Source: a bacterium (GTDB lineage Bacteria > Krumholzibacteriota > Krumholzibacteriia > LZORAL124-64-63). Taken from it: DNA of 64,000 nt. Under the pieces are notes generated by a model. The model saw only the letters and a list, made by a program, of their open reading frames with translations, was not told the origin of the DNA and ran no database searches. Below, piece by piece: positions 37,095 through 46,026 of the stretch; positions within the stretch are counted from its first letter, which is position 1; each line of letters starts with the position of its first letter. The DNA is taken from assembly GCA_003353795.1 (NCBI GenBank), contig PIVY01000002.1, forward strand, positions 12,552-76,551. Reading direction: 5' to 3'. The position numbers were made by a program, and so were the translations under genes.

Positions 37095-39887
37095 TCATCG
37101 GGGGAGATGTCCGACCTCCAGTTCGTAGGTCAACCAGGTGAGGTTCGCCCCGGAATCTGCTGCGATGTGGCGGCGGCGGACCTCGCTGAGCGCGTCCCAC
37201 GCGCCGGTCAGCCCCGCGCCGCGGGTGCGTGCGAGGAACTCGCTCATGAACGCCGCCGCGGCGGCGTCCTCGATGGTCCAGCGGGCGGCGATCACGCCCG
37301 CAGCGCCGGCGTCCGTGAAGGCATCGGCGAGGGACGGTCCGGTCACGGTTCCGATCGCGTGGCCCGAGGCGCTCCGGCAACTGGAGAGCACCACCAGCTC
37401 GCAGCCGGAGAGGTCCCGGCCCAGGATGTCGGCAAAGGTGAGCCGGTCACCGACGGGATCGTGATCGGCCGGGTCGGCGGCGCAGGGCAGGTAGCTGCGG
37501 TAGGGCATCTCCGGGTCATGGGTGGCGTGGCCCGCGAGGTAGATCATGCGGGCCCGGGGCAGGTGCTCGAGGATGGCCTGCTTGCGGGCGGCGGCGTCCA
37601 TCAGCAGCACGGGGTCGGGCAATCGCGCGGCGGCCAGCTCGGCCTCGACCCGGACGTACGGCAGGGAGCGGAGCGATGGGCGCTCGCGCTTCAGGGACGA
37701 CGAAAGCTCCGGCACGCCGACCACGCAGCTCAGGCGGTTGTCGCTTGCCGCGGTGGGCCCGTCGTCCACGAGCCGCAGGTAGGCCGTCTGCCAGCGCGCC
37801 GCGAGGGGCTGATAGTCCGCCGGATCGCCGAGATTGCAGGCCTCGAGCGCCAGCGGATCCACTGCTGCGGTGGTGGCGATGAGCAGGCGGCCGCCCGTGT
37901 CGGCCCGCACCCAGTCCGGCATGAGAACCTCGGTGACCTCGGCGAGCTCTCGCGCCAGCTCGCGGGATACGGGCGCGTGCGGCGTGGCTACCCCCTCGGC
38001 GAGGCGTAGAGGTACCACTGCCAGCAGGGGCGCCACGGCGTTCGCCGGGATCGAGTCGCAGGCGACGCTGCCGTCGATGATCTGCCAGCGGAGCACCTGG
38101 TCGCCGAGCCGGGCATACACCAGCGCCCGGTCGTCGCCGGTTCGCGTCCAGTCGGCGAGCTCGTCGGCCTCGCTGCGGCCAAAGGCCAGCAGGCGCTCCA
38201 CCGTGCCGCCTGCGCCGGTGACGTGGTGGGTGGTCGCGTATCGTCGGAGTTGTCGCCACGCCAGTTCGACGGCGAGGCCGCCGCGCGGATCGTCGGCGAA
38301 GTGGCGGTGGAGCTGCTCACGGAATCCGTCGAGGCGGCTCAGCATGAGGTACACCTCGACCCGCTCGCCCCAGGCCGAGAGCCTGGTCAACAGGTCGGCG
38401 AGAGCCGCGTCCGCGTGCACTGCAGCGAGGCTGGCGTCGCCCTGCAGCTCGGCGATCTGCAGCGCGAGGCGGCTAGTCTCGAAGCTCGGCGGCCCCGCGT
38501 CGACGGACCTGGCCAGGTGAATCGCGGCGCTGTCCGCCCGTCCCGCCGCCACGTGGCCCGACGCGATGATGGTGTGGAGGCGGCGGCCGTGGTCGCCGAG
38601 GCCTTCCCGCCGGACGTAGGCGAGGCCCTCGTAGGCAAGGGCGATGGCGCGGCGGTGCTCCCCCCGCTCGACGAGCCAGGATGACCAGTCGGCCAGGACG
38701 GTGGCGTAGTCGTAGTTCCGCGGCAATGAGGTCGTCAACTCGGCGAGGCACGCGTAGACCGAGTCCGCCGCGGCATGCCGACCCACGTGTGTCAGGTAGC
38801 CAGCCTGGGTGCGGAGGGTGACCGCCAGGTAGCTGGCCTGCCGCGGTTCGGCATTCAGGAGCGTGACCTGCCCGAGCAGCAGTTCGGCCCGCGGCAGTCT
38901 GCGGCCGACCAGGTCCCAGCAGCCGAGGTCAGCGTGGAAGGCGAGCCTGGCCGCCAGGAAGCGGACCTCGATGTATCCGGCGTCGAGCCGGCGCGCCACG
39001 GCCACGGCCTCGTCGTAGTGCTCGGCCGCCAGGCTGAGCTCGCCGCGACCGCGATGGTAGGCGGCCAGGATGGTGTGGATCCGGCCGGCCTGGGCGGGGA
39101 GTCGGGCTGCGAGGGCTAGTTCGAGGGCCTCGTCGGCCAGCAGCATGGCGGTGTCCCGGCGGCCGGCAGCGAGACGGTCGTCGCAGAGCGTTCCGAGCAT
39201 ATGGCTGAGCTGGGGCGTGAGTCCCGCCTCGCGAGCGAGGCGGATTCCGCGGTAGAGGTGCGCCCGCTTGCGGTGGTCCTGGCCGGCGTCGGCGGACAGT
39301 TCGACCATCCGGCTCTCGATATAGGTCTCGGACCAGGGGCAGCCGGCGAGGGAATCGGATAGGGCCTGCATGGCTCGGTACTTCTCGTCGACCGGGGCGT
39401 CGGTGGTCCGGTGGACGCGCATCACCTCATTCTTGAGGCGGGTCACGCGCAGGCCTTCGCTCGTCGGGTGCTCGCGCAGGTAGCGGACCAATGTCTGTGG
39501 ACCCTGCGAGTGACCGCGGTCGGCGACGATGGCGGCCAGGCGTTCGATGGCCGGCATCGTCTGCGCCAGTGACGATTCGTAGGCTGCGAGAGAGGTGTCG
39601 TCGATCGAGTCGATGATCAGGCCGACGTGGTCGATGAGCTGATGCGCATCGAGCGCGTCGCAGACCGCGGCGAGCTCGTCGTCGGTGCCGGAGACCAGGG
39701 CGTCGGCGAGGCGGGGGTCGAGGTTGGGCGCATGGCGGATCAGGATCGCGCCGGGAGCTTCGGCACCGGTGAGGCGCATGAGGACGATCACGGCCACGAC
39801 GACCACGATCGACGCGGCGGCGATCGACCATTTCGAAAGGGAACCGTGCCGGTGGGTGAAGGCCATCATCACGGGGTCACGGTTCAC
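37095..39887 (-). CDS. Membrane-anchored TPR-repeat protein with a C-terminal CHAT (caspase-like) peptidase domain.
   Basis: A GTG start at 39887 overlaps the anti-sigma stop as GTGA. The N-terminal TM segment is 'WSIAAASIVVVVAVIVLMRL'. A long TPR-like helical region follows. The C-terminus has 'YLAGHATHD' and 'VVLSSCRSASG', the CHAT His/Cys dyad. Confidence 0.75.
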   Translation of the reverse strand: MNRDPVMMAFTHRHGSLSKWSIAAASIVVVVAVIVLMRLTGAEAPGAILIRHAPNLDPRLADALVSGTDDELAAVCDALDAHQLIDHVGLIIDSIDDTSLAAYESSLAQTMPAIERLAAIVADRGHSQGPQTLVRYLREHPTSEGLRVTRLKNEVMRVHRTTDAPVDEKYRAMQALSDSLAGCPWSETYIESRMVELSADAGQDHRKRAHLYRGIRLAREAGLTPQLSHMLGTLCDDRLAAGRRDTAMLLADEALELALAARLPAQAGRIHTILAAYHRGRGELSLAAEHYDEAVAVARRLDAGYIEVRFLAARLAFHADLGCWDLVGRRLPRAELLLGQVTLLNAEPRQASYLAVTLRTQAGYLTHVGRHAAADSVYACLAELTTSLPRNYDYATVLADWSSWLVERGEHRRAIALAYEGLAYVRREGLGDHGRRLHTIIASGHVAAGRADSAAIHLARSVDAGPPSFETSRLALQIAELQGDASLAAVHADAALADLLTRLSAWGERVEVYLMLSRLDGFREQLHRHFADDPRGGLAVELAWRQLRRYATTHHVTGAGGTVERLLAFGRSEADELADWTRTGDDRALVYARLGDQVLRWQIIDGSVACDSIPANAVAPLLAVVPLRLAEGVATPHAPVSRELARELAEVTEVLMPDWVRADTGGRLLIATTAAVDPLALEACNLGDPADYQPLAARWQTAYLRLVDDGPTAASDNRLSCVVGVPELSSSLKRERPSLRSLPYVRVEAELAAARLPDPVLLMDAAARKQAILEHLPRARMIYLAGHATHDPEMPYRSYLPCAADPADHDPVGDRLTFADILGRDLSGCELVVLSSCRSASGHAIGTVTGPSLADAFTDAGAAGVIAARWTIEDAAAAAFMSEFLARTRGAGLTGAWDALSEVRRRHIAADSGANLTWLTYELEVGHLPR

Positions 39888-40744
39888 TCATCACCGTGAC
39901 GCGCGAGGATGGCCGCCGCGCGCGCGGCAACGGCCGATGGCGCGTGTCCGGCAAGCTGCTGGAGTGTCGGCAGGGCGTCGTCGGCATGGCCCAGGTCCAG
40001 CTGCACGATGGCCAGGTTCAGCAGCGTGGCTGGCTCCGTGTCGCCCGCCGCGATGGCGTCCTGTAGGAGAGCCTGCGCCCGTTCGAACTCTCCGCCGCGG
40101 TAGGCGACCACGGCGGCTGCCACAAGGACGGTCTCCGCGTCGGGGTAGCGCCGCAGGGCGTCCGTGGCAAAGGTGCGGGCGGTGGAGACCTCGTCCAGGG
40201 CGAGGTAGCCGCCGATCAGCCACATCGCGGCCGAGGGGTCGTTTGCCGAGTCGTGGTAGCGGTCGGCCAGGGCCTGCACGGAGGCCACGAGCGCCGAGTC
40301 TTCGGCGATGCCGCGCAGCGCCGGGCCGGCCTCGGGTTCGCCGACGGCGCCGGGGAAGACCATGGCGCCACCGTGCCGATCGGCCAGGACCCCGGCGATG
40401 GGGCCGACCAGTTCCGGCGCCAGCGGCGGCGGGTCGACGACGGGCGATACGATCAGGAACACCAGCACTGCGGCCATTGGCAGTCCCACGATCGCCGCCC
40501 AGCGCCGACGGGCCACGCGGGGTCTGACGCTGCCGCTCGTGCTGGCCAGAATGGTCGCCACCATCGAGGCCGGCGCGGCGAGCCCCTTCCGGGCGCGGAA
40601 TTCACGGCTCGTCGCCTCCGCCTCGAATACCGCATCCCGGCAATGCCGGCAGGACGCGAGGTGATCGCGTTGCCCTCGGCTCAGGCCGGACTCGCCGTGA
40701 TCGGCCAGCCGCGCCAGGAGTGCCGGGGACAGGTGCACGTTCAC
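39884..40744 (-). CDS. Anti-sigma factor with an N-terminal zinc-finger anti-sigma domain, one TM segment and a C-terminal TPR-like domain.
   Basis: A GTG start at 40744 overlaps the sigma-factor stop as GTGA. 'HLASCRHCRD' is the zinc-finger motif. The TM segment is 'WAAIVGLPMAAVLVFLIVSPVV'. The C-terminus is TPR-like. The Arg/Pro-rich N-terminus in the table ORF is a shadow of the sigma-factor gene. Confidence 0.7.
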   Translation of the reverse strand: MNVHLSPALLARLADHGESGLSRGQRDHLASCRHCRDAVFEAEATSREFRARKGLAAPASMVATILASTSGSVRPRVARRRWAAIVGLPMAAVLVFLIVSPVVDPPPLAPELVGPIAGVLADRHGGAMVFPGAVGEPEAGPALRGIAEDSALVASVQALADRYHDSANDPSAAMWLIGGYLALDEVSTARTFATDALRRYPDAETVLVAAAVVAYRGGEFERAQALLQDAIAAGDTEPATLLNLAIVQLDLGHADDALPTLQQLAGHAPSAVAARAAAILARHGDE

Positions 40745-41640
40745 GACTTTGCCTCCAGCCCGAGGACGAGACGGCCGGCGCTGACGCCGTCGGCGACGCC
40801 GAAGGCCTTGCGGAGCTTCCGCAGGGCCCGTTCGACCACGGTGTAGGCCTGCCGCTGGTTCTTCAGCTTCATTTCCGACGCGATCTGGCGGGCCGACAGG
40901 TTGCGGCCGAAGCGCATGGCCAACGCCTGGCGCTCCTGCTCGTCGAGGCGGGCGAGTTCCGCGCGCATCCTGCTGAGCAAGTGGTCCCGCTCGTCGGTGT
41001 GCGACTCCGCCTCCGGCTCGATCTCGACGGTTCGGGACGAGGCCTCGTAGCGCACATGGTCCACGTACTCGAGCCAGCGACCCGAGGGCACGCCGAGGCG
41101 GTGGGCCTGGCGGTCGAAGCGCAGTCGACGGCGCGCACGGTGGTCCAGCTGTCCGTCCATGTCCGAGAGCAACGACAGGAAGTCTTCGTAGTCGAGCCGT
41201 GCGCCTTCCGATTGCATCCGGCCGTAGACCGCTTTCGACGGCCAGCCCTGGACGAAGAACAGCTCGAAGACCCGCTGGTCCGTGGCCGGACGGCGCAGGA
41301 TCGGTGCGGGCAGGCGCACACGGCCGCGTTCGCGGCGGAGGCGGTCGACGGCCGCGTTGCGGACGATGAGTACCAGCCAGGTCCCGAAGGACGAGCGGCC
41401 GTCGAACTGCTCGAGCTTGCCGCGGAAGAGGCACTCGAATACGTCGGCCACGACGTCGCGGGCGAGGTCGTGATCATGGAGATGTCTATGGGCGACGGAT
41501 AGGGCGAGGCCCGTATAGTCCGTCACGAGGTCGCGCCAGGCCTCCGTGGAGCCAGAGACGGCAGACTGGACCTGGGCGAGATCCTGGTGTCCTTGCAAGA
41601 GTGGTATCGCTCCGGTAGCTGCGGGGTTCGGCGCCGGCAA
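40741..41640 (-). CDS. Sigma-70-family (ECF-like) RNA polymerase sigma factor with a long insertion between regions 2 and 4.
   Basis: Region 2 is 'DVFECLFRGKLEQFDGRSSFGTWLVLIVRNAAVDRLRRER'. Region 4 is 'LDEQERQALAMRFGRNLSARQIASEMKLKNQRQAYTVVERALRKLRK'. At 299 aa it is longer than typical ECF factors. Confidence 0.7.
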   Translation of the reverse strand: MPAPNPAATGAIPLLQGHQDLAQVQSAVSGSTEAWRDLVTDYTGLALSVAHRHLHDHDLARDVVADVFECLFRGKLEQFDGRSSFGTWLVLIVRNAAVDRLRRERGRVRLPAPILRRPATDQRVFELFFVQGWPSKAVYGRMQSEGARLDYEDFLSLLSDMDGQLDHRARRRLRFDRQAHRLGVPSGRWLEYVDHVRYEASSRTVEIEPEAESHTDERDHLLSRMRAELARLDEQERQALAMRFGRNLSARQIASEMKLKNQRQAYTVVERALRKLRKAFGVADGVSAGRLVLGLEAKS

Positions 41641-41816
41641 ACGCCGTGGTTCCGCGACGATTGTAACACATACTCGCCGTGCGTGTAATCCTCGGGACTC
41701 GTCCGTCTATAGCTACCATAGTTGGGGGATGAGGGAGAGACGCCGTCGGGACCGTCCAGCCATCGGGGCTGGGCGGTCCTTTTTGGTATCGGCACGGGAA
41801 TCGATCCTGATTGGTC

Positions 41817-41845
41817 TTGACGGATCGCGCTCGTTGTCGTAATAT
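41817..41845 (+). promoter_or_regulatory. Sigma70-like promoter of the trp-aro supraoperon: TTGACG-N17-TAATAT.
   Basis: TTGACG is at 41817-41822, then a 17-nt spacer, then TAATAT at 41840-41845. This is about 55 nt upstream of the leader peptide start. Confidence 0.6.
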
Positions 41846-41896
41846 TAAACATCAAATTCAAGCGCGCCGAGGTGCGCGCCCCGTCCGGAACCCGGA

Positions 41897-41986
41897 ATGG
41901 ACCCGATGACCCGCATCCGCAGCATCCTGATCGCGACCGACAGCCACCGTTATTGGTGGTCCTGGCGCGATCTGCCTTGCGGATAG
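41897..41986 (+). CDS. trpL: trp leader peptide MDPMTRIRSILIATDSHRYWWSWRDLPCG, with three Trp codons within four codons.
   Basis: In-frame ATGs occur at 41897 and 41906. TGG TGG TCC TGG lies at 41954-41965 and the TAG stop at 41984. The peptide sits between the promoter and trpE, immediately upstream of the terminator hairpin. It is too short to appear in the ORF table. Confidence 0.7.
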   Translation: MDPMTRIRSILIATDSHRYWWSWRDLPCG

Positions 41987-42041
41987 GGGTCGTTCCGGAC
42001 ATCGAGACCAGCTGACAGACAGCCACCGGAACCGAAGCAGA

Positions 42042-42072
42042 CCCGCTATCCGCAAGGAGCGCGGGTTTTTTT
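42042..42072 (+). terminator. Intrinsic terminator (attenuator) in the trp leader, 40 nt upstream of trpE.
   Basis: CCCGCtatCCGCaaggagcGCGGG is followed by TTTTTTT. The segment 42046-42057 (CTATCCGCAAGG) is perfectly complementary to 41975-41986 (CCTTGCGGATAG) at the 3' end of the leader ORF, which is an alternative anti-terminator pairing. Confidence 0.7.
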
Positions 42073-42111
42073 GTGCCCGGCAATGGCGCCGGGCGAACAA
42101 GGAGCGACCCC

Positions 42112-43590
42112 ATGGTCACGCCCGGCCTCTCGGACTTCCTCGATCTCGCACGCGACGGACGCACGGCGCCCCTGCGCCGCCGCATCCCCGCCGACCTGGA
42201 GACGCCGGTCTCTGCGTATCTCAAGCTGGCGCCCCTCGGTGCGGTCTGTCTGCTGGAGAGCGTGGAGCAGGGGATCCAGGTGGGGCGCTACTCGTTCATC
42301 GGCCTGGCGCCGCGATGCGCGGTCACCATCGAGGGCGACGCGGTCACCGTTGAGCGGGGCGGCGTCACCGAAACCAGCGACCTCGATCCCGCCGCGCCCT
42401 TCGCCGCCATCCAGGCCGAGCTCGAGCGGGCGCTGGACCTGGCCACCGGTGATCTGCCCGGCCCTCTCGGCGCGGCCGTGGGCTACCTCGGCTGGGAAAC
42501 CGTCCGCTACTTCGAGCGTGTGCCGCTGCCCACCGAAGGCCACGACGGTCTGCCCGATGCGCGCTTCGTGTTCCCGTCGCAGCTGGTGGTGTTCGACCAC
42601 GTGAAGAGCGAGATCGAGGTGGCGGTGCTGCCGCCGACCGAGCTTGCCGCGGAACCGGGATACGCGGCGGCGCAAGAGCACCTCGACCGTCTGCTCGCCG
42701 CCCTGCGCAGCCCGCTGCCGGCCGGCGCCATGCCCGAGCCGTGCGACCCGCTGGAGCCGGCGTCGCCCGAGATCCCGCGCGAACGTTTCGAGGCCTCCGT
42801 CGAGACCGCTCGCGAGCACATCCTGGCCGGCGACGCCTTCCAGATCGTGCTCTCGCAGCGTCTGCGTGGCCGCACGGCGGCGCATCCGTTCACGGTCTAC
42901 CGCGCGCTGCGCATCCTGAATCCTTCGCCCTACCTCTTCTACCTCGACTTCGGCGACTCCCAGCTCATCGGTTCGTCGCCCGAATCGCTGGTGGCCCTGG
43001 AGGGCGACCGCGCCCAGGTCTGCCCCATCGCCGGCACGCGGCCTCGTGGCGCCACGCCGGCCGAGGACAGCGAACTGGAAGCCGAGCTGCTGGCCAGCGA
43101 GAAGGAGAGGGCCGAACACCTGATGCTGGTGGACCTCGGCCGCAACGACCTCGGTCGCGTCTGTCGGCCGGGGACGGTCCGTCCGTCGAGCTTCCAGCAG
43201 GTGGAGCGCTACAGCCACGTCATGCACCTGGTCTCGCGGGTGGACGGTCGATTGCGGGAAGGTCTGGACGGCTGGGACCTGCTGCGCGCCACCTTCCCCG
43301 CGGGCACTCTCAGCGGCGCGCCGAAGATTCGCGCCATGGAGATCATCGGGGAGCTGGAGGACCGTCGGCGCGGTCCCTACGGCGGCGCGGTGGGCTACTT
43401 CGCGCCCGGCGGCGACCTCGACCTGTGTATCGCCATCCGCACCCTCGTGATGCAGGGCGACCGCTGGTGGGCCCAGGCCGGCGCCGGCATCGTGGCCGAC
43501 AGCGATCCCGCCTTCGAGTACGAGGAGACCCTGCACAAGCTGCAGGCCGTGACCCGCGCGGTGACCCGCGCCGAAGGAGGTCTGGAGTGA
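42112..43590 (+). CDS. trpE: Anthranilate synthase component I.
   Basis: An ATG at 42112 follows GGAG. 'LLESVEQG..GRYSFIG' and the C-terminal chorismate-binding region are typical of TrpE. Confidence 0.9.
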   Translation: MVTPGLSDFLDLARDGRTAPLRRRIPADLETPVSAYLKLAPLGAVCLLESVEQGIQVGRYSFIGLAPRCAVTIEGDAVTVERGGVTETSDLDPAAPFAAIQAELERALDLATGDLPGPLGAAVGYLGWETVRYFERVPLPTEGHDGLPDARFVFPSQLVVFDHVKSEIEVAVLPPTELAAEPGYAAAQEHLDRLLAALRSPLPAGAMPEPCDPLEPASPEIPRERFEASVETAREHILAGDAFQIVLSQRLRGRTAAHPFTVYRALRILNPSPYLFYLDFGDSQLIGSSPESLVALEGDRAQVCPIAGTRPRGATPAEDSELEAELLASEKERAEHLMLVDLGRNDLGRVCRPGTVRPSSFQQVERYSHVMHLVSRVDGRLREGLDGWDLLRATFPAGTLSGAPKIRAMEIIGELEDRRRGPYGGAVGYFAPGGDLDLCIAIRTLVMQGDRWWAQAGAGIVADSDPAFEYEETLHKLQAVTRAVTRAEGGLE

Positions 43591-44180
43591 TGTTGCTCAT
43601 GATCGACAACTACGACAGCTTCACCTACAACGTGGTGCAGGCGCTCGGCGAACTGGGCGCCGAGGTGACCGTGCGGCGCAACGACGCCGTCTCGCCGGAC
43701 GAGGCGGCGGCCCTGGCGCCGGCGGGCCTCATCATCTCGCCGGGCCCCGGCACGCCCGCCGACGCCGGCGTCTCCGCCGCGCTCATCGAGCAGTTTGCCG
43801 GACGCGTTCCGGTGCTCGGCATCTGTCTCGGCCACCAGACCATCGTCGAGGTCTTCGGCGGACGGATCCAGCGGGCCGAGCGGGTGATGCACGGCAAGAC
43901 CAGCCCGGTCTACAACGACGGCCGCACCATCTACTCCGGTCTGGGCAATCCGTTCACGGCCACCCGGTACCACTCGCTCATCGCCGTGGAGGGCGACCTG
44001 CCCGAAGCGCTCGAGATCAGCGCCTACACCGCCGAGGGCGAGATCATGGGCGTGCGCCATCGCCAGCTCGCCATCGAGGGCGTGCAGTTCCACCCCGAAT
44101 CGGTGATGACGCCCGAGGGCGCCCAGCTCCTTGGCAACTGGCTGCAGATCTGCACCGCGACGGGAGCGGTGGCGACATGA
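43590..44180 (+). CDS. trpG: Anthranilate synthase component II (glutamine amidotransferase).
   Basis: An ATGA overlap joins it to the trpE stop, and GGAGG lies upstream. 'MLLMIDNYDSFTYN...GICLGHQ...HPES' are the class-I amidotransferase motifs. The long table ORF is an alternate-frame extension. Confidence 0.9.
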   Translation: MLLMIDNYDSFTYNVVQALGELGAEVTVRRNDAVSPDEAAALAPAGLIISPGPGTPADAGVSAALIEQFAGRVPVLGICLGHQTIVEVFGGRIQRAERVMHGKTSPVYNDGRTIYSGLGNPFTATRYHSLIAVEGDLPEALEISAYTAEGEIMGVRHRQLAIEGVQFHPESVMTPEGAQLLGNWLQICTATGAVAT

Positions 44181-45223
44181 ACGAGAATGTGATGAACGAC
44201 CTCCTCGCCGGACGTAGCCTCGATGCCACCGGCGCCGAGGCCCTCATGGGCGACATCATGACCGGCGCTCTGGACGCGGCTCGTCTCGGCGCCGTGCTGG
44301 CGGCGCTCCAGGTTCGGGGCGTCACGGCCGTCGAGCTCGGCGGCTTCGCCCGGGGCATGCGGGCCCGCGCTGTACCGGTCACCGCCGACTGCATCGACCG
44401 CGCCATCGACACCTGCGGCACCGGCGGCGACGGTCAGGGCACCTTCAACATCTCCACGGCCGCGGCGCTGGTGGCCGCCGCTGCGGGTGCGCCGGTGGCC
44501 AAGCACGGCAATCGCGCGGCCAGTTCCCTGTGCGGATCGGCCGATGTGCTCCAGGCCCTGGGCGTGAATCTGGACCTGGAGCCGGCCGCTCTGGGCCGCC
44601 TGCTCGACGAGGTCGGCATCGCCTTCCTGTTCGCACCGAATCACCACCCGGCCATGCGCCATGCCGTGCCGGTGCGGCGGTCGCTGGGCGTGCGCACGGT
44701 GTTCAACCTGCTGGGGCCGCTGACCAATCCAGCCGGCGTCCGTCGACAACTCCTCGGGGTGTACGCGCCCGAACTGGTGGACCTCATGGCCGGCGCCCTG
44801 CTCGAACTGGGCGCGGTGCGGGCGCTGGTGGTTCACGGCCACGACGGTCAGGACGAACTGGCGCTCACCGGCGAGACGCTGGTGGCCGAGATCGCGGACG
44901 GCAGCGTGACGCGACACACGGTGACGCCCGAGGATGCGGGACTGCAGCGGTGCGCCGCGGCCGACCTGGCCGGCGGTGACGCCGCGGCCAATGCCGACCT
45001 GATGCGCGGCGTGCTGACCGGCGAACCCGGACCGCGTACCGACGCCGTCCTTTTCAACGCGGGAGGCGCGCTCATGGCCGCCGATCTCGCCATCGATTTG
45101 CGCGAGGGCGTGGGTCTCGCGCGCGCGGCCGTGGGCGACGGCCGCGCCGCGACGCTGCTGGCCGATCTGGCCGCGGCTACCCACGACCTCGCGCGTGAAT
45201 CCAACGTGGGAGGCGAATCGTGA
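44177..45223 (+). CDS. trpD: Anthranilate phosphoribosyltransferase.
   Basis: An ATGA overlap joins it to trpG. 'CGTGGDGQGTFNISTAAA...KHGNRA' is the TrpD signature. Confidence 0.9.
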   Translation: MNENVMNDLLAGRSLDATGAEALMGDIMTGALDAARLGAVLAALQVRGVTAVELGGFARGMRARAVPVTADCIDRAIDTCGTGGDGQGTFNISTAAALVAAAAGAPVAKHGNRAASSLCGSADVLQALGVNLDLEPAALGRLLDEVGIAFLFAPNHHPAMRHAVPVRRSLGVRTVFNLLGPLTNPAGVRRQLLGVYAPELVDLMAGALLELGAVRALVVHGHDGQDELALTGETLVAEIADGSVTRHTVTPEDAGLQRCAAADLAGGDAAANADLMRGVLTGEPGPRTDAVLFNAGGALMAADLAIDLREGVGLARAAVGDGRAATLLADLAAATHDLARESNVGGES

Positions 45224-46026
45224 ACGGATTCCTGGAACGCGTCCGGGCCCAGAAGGAGGCCGAGGTCACCGTCGGTCAAGCCGGCCGCAGCCTGGCCGAT
45301 CTGCGCGCGGGGGTCGCCGACATGGCGCCGTGCCGCGATTTCCGCGGGGCGCTCACCGCGGGCAGCGACCGCATCATCGCCGAGGTGAAGCGCCGGTCGC
45401 CCAGCGTGCCGCAGTTCCTGCGACGGGAGCCGCCCGCCGAACTGGCCGCTCTTTACCACGAGGCCGGCGCCGCCGCGCTGTCGCTGGTGACCGACCGGGC
45501 CAATTTCGGCACGGGTCCGGCCGACATCGCACCCATGCGAGCGGCGGCGCCCCTGCCGCTCATCGCCAAGGACTTCATCATCGACCCCTGGCAGGTCCTG
45601 GCCTTGCGCGCCGCGGGCGCCGACGCCGTGCTACTCATCGCTCGATTGCTGGAGCCGAACCAGCTGGCCGACCTCCACGGACTCGCGCACGAGCTGGGTC
45701 TCGCCGCACTGGTGGAATGCCACACGGCGGGCGACCTGCGCGCCGCCCTCGCCGGCGGCGCCGACCTGGTGGGATTCAACAATCGAAACCTCGATACCTT
45801 CGAGGTCTCCCTGGACGTGAGCCGAGCCCTCCTGCCACAGGTGCCCGTGGGTTGCGCAGCCGTGGTGGAAAGCGGGCTGGCCGGACGGGCCGAGGTGGCG
45901 GCGCTGCAGGGCCTGGGCGCCACGGCGTTCCTGGTCGGCGGGTCGCTGCTCCAGTCGGATGATCCGGCCGCGATGCTGCGGGCCCTGCGAGGCGCCGACG
46001 ATTCGCGCCGCGAGGAGGTGTCGTGA
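45220..46026 (+). CDS. trpC: Indole-3-glycerol phosphate synthase.
   Basis: A GTG start gives a GTGA overlap with trpD. 'IIAEVKRRSPS' is the IGPS motif. Confidence 0.88.
   Translation: MNGFLERVRAQKEAEVTVGQAGRSLADLRAGVADMAPCRDFRGALTAGSDRIIAEVKRRSPSVPQFLRREPPAELAALYHEAGAAALSLVTDRANFGTGPADIAPMRAAAPLPLIAKDFIIDPWQVLALRAAGADAVLLIARLLEPNQLADLHGLAHELGLAALVECHTAGDLRAALAGGADLVGFNNRNLDTFEVSLDVSRALLPQVPVGCAAVVESGLAGRAEVAALQGLGATAFLVGGSLLQSDDPAAMLRALRGADDSRREEVS

Noticed and set aside
40745-41434. Arg/Pro-rich N-terminal 230 aa of the 516-aa ORF containing the anti-sigma factor.
   Set aside because: It overlaps the sigma-factor gene out of frame. The true GTG start at 40744 forms a GTGA overlap with the sigma-factor stop.
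42046-43536. 496-aa ORF antisense to trpE, plus the 42741..44180, 47867..49699 and 53241..55073 long frames.
   Set aside because: These are antisense or alternate-frame extensions. The real genes (trpG, DAHP synthase, aroC) start at internal ATGs with ribosome-binding sites and ATGA overlaps. The upstream portions overlap neighbouring genes and have low-complexity composition.
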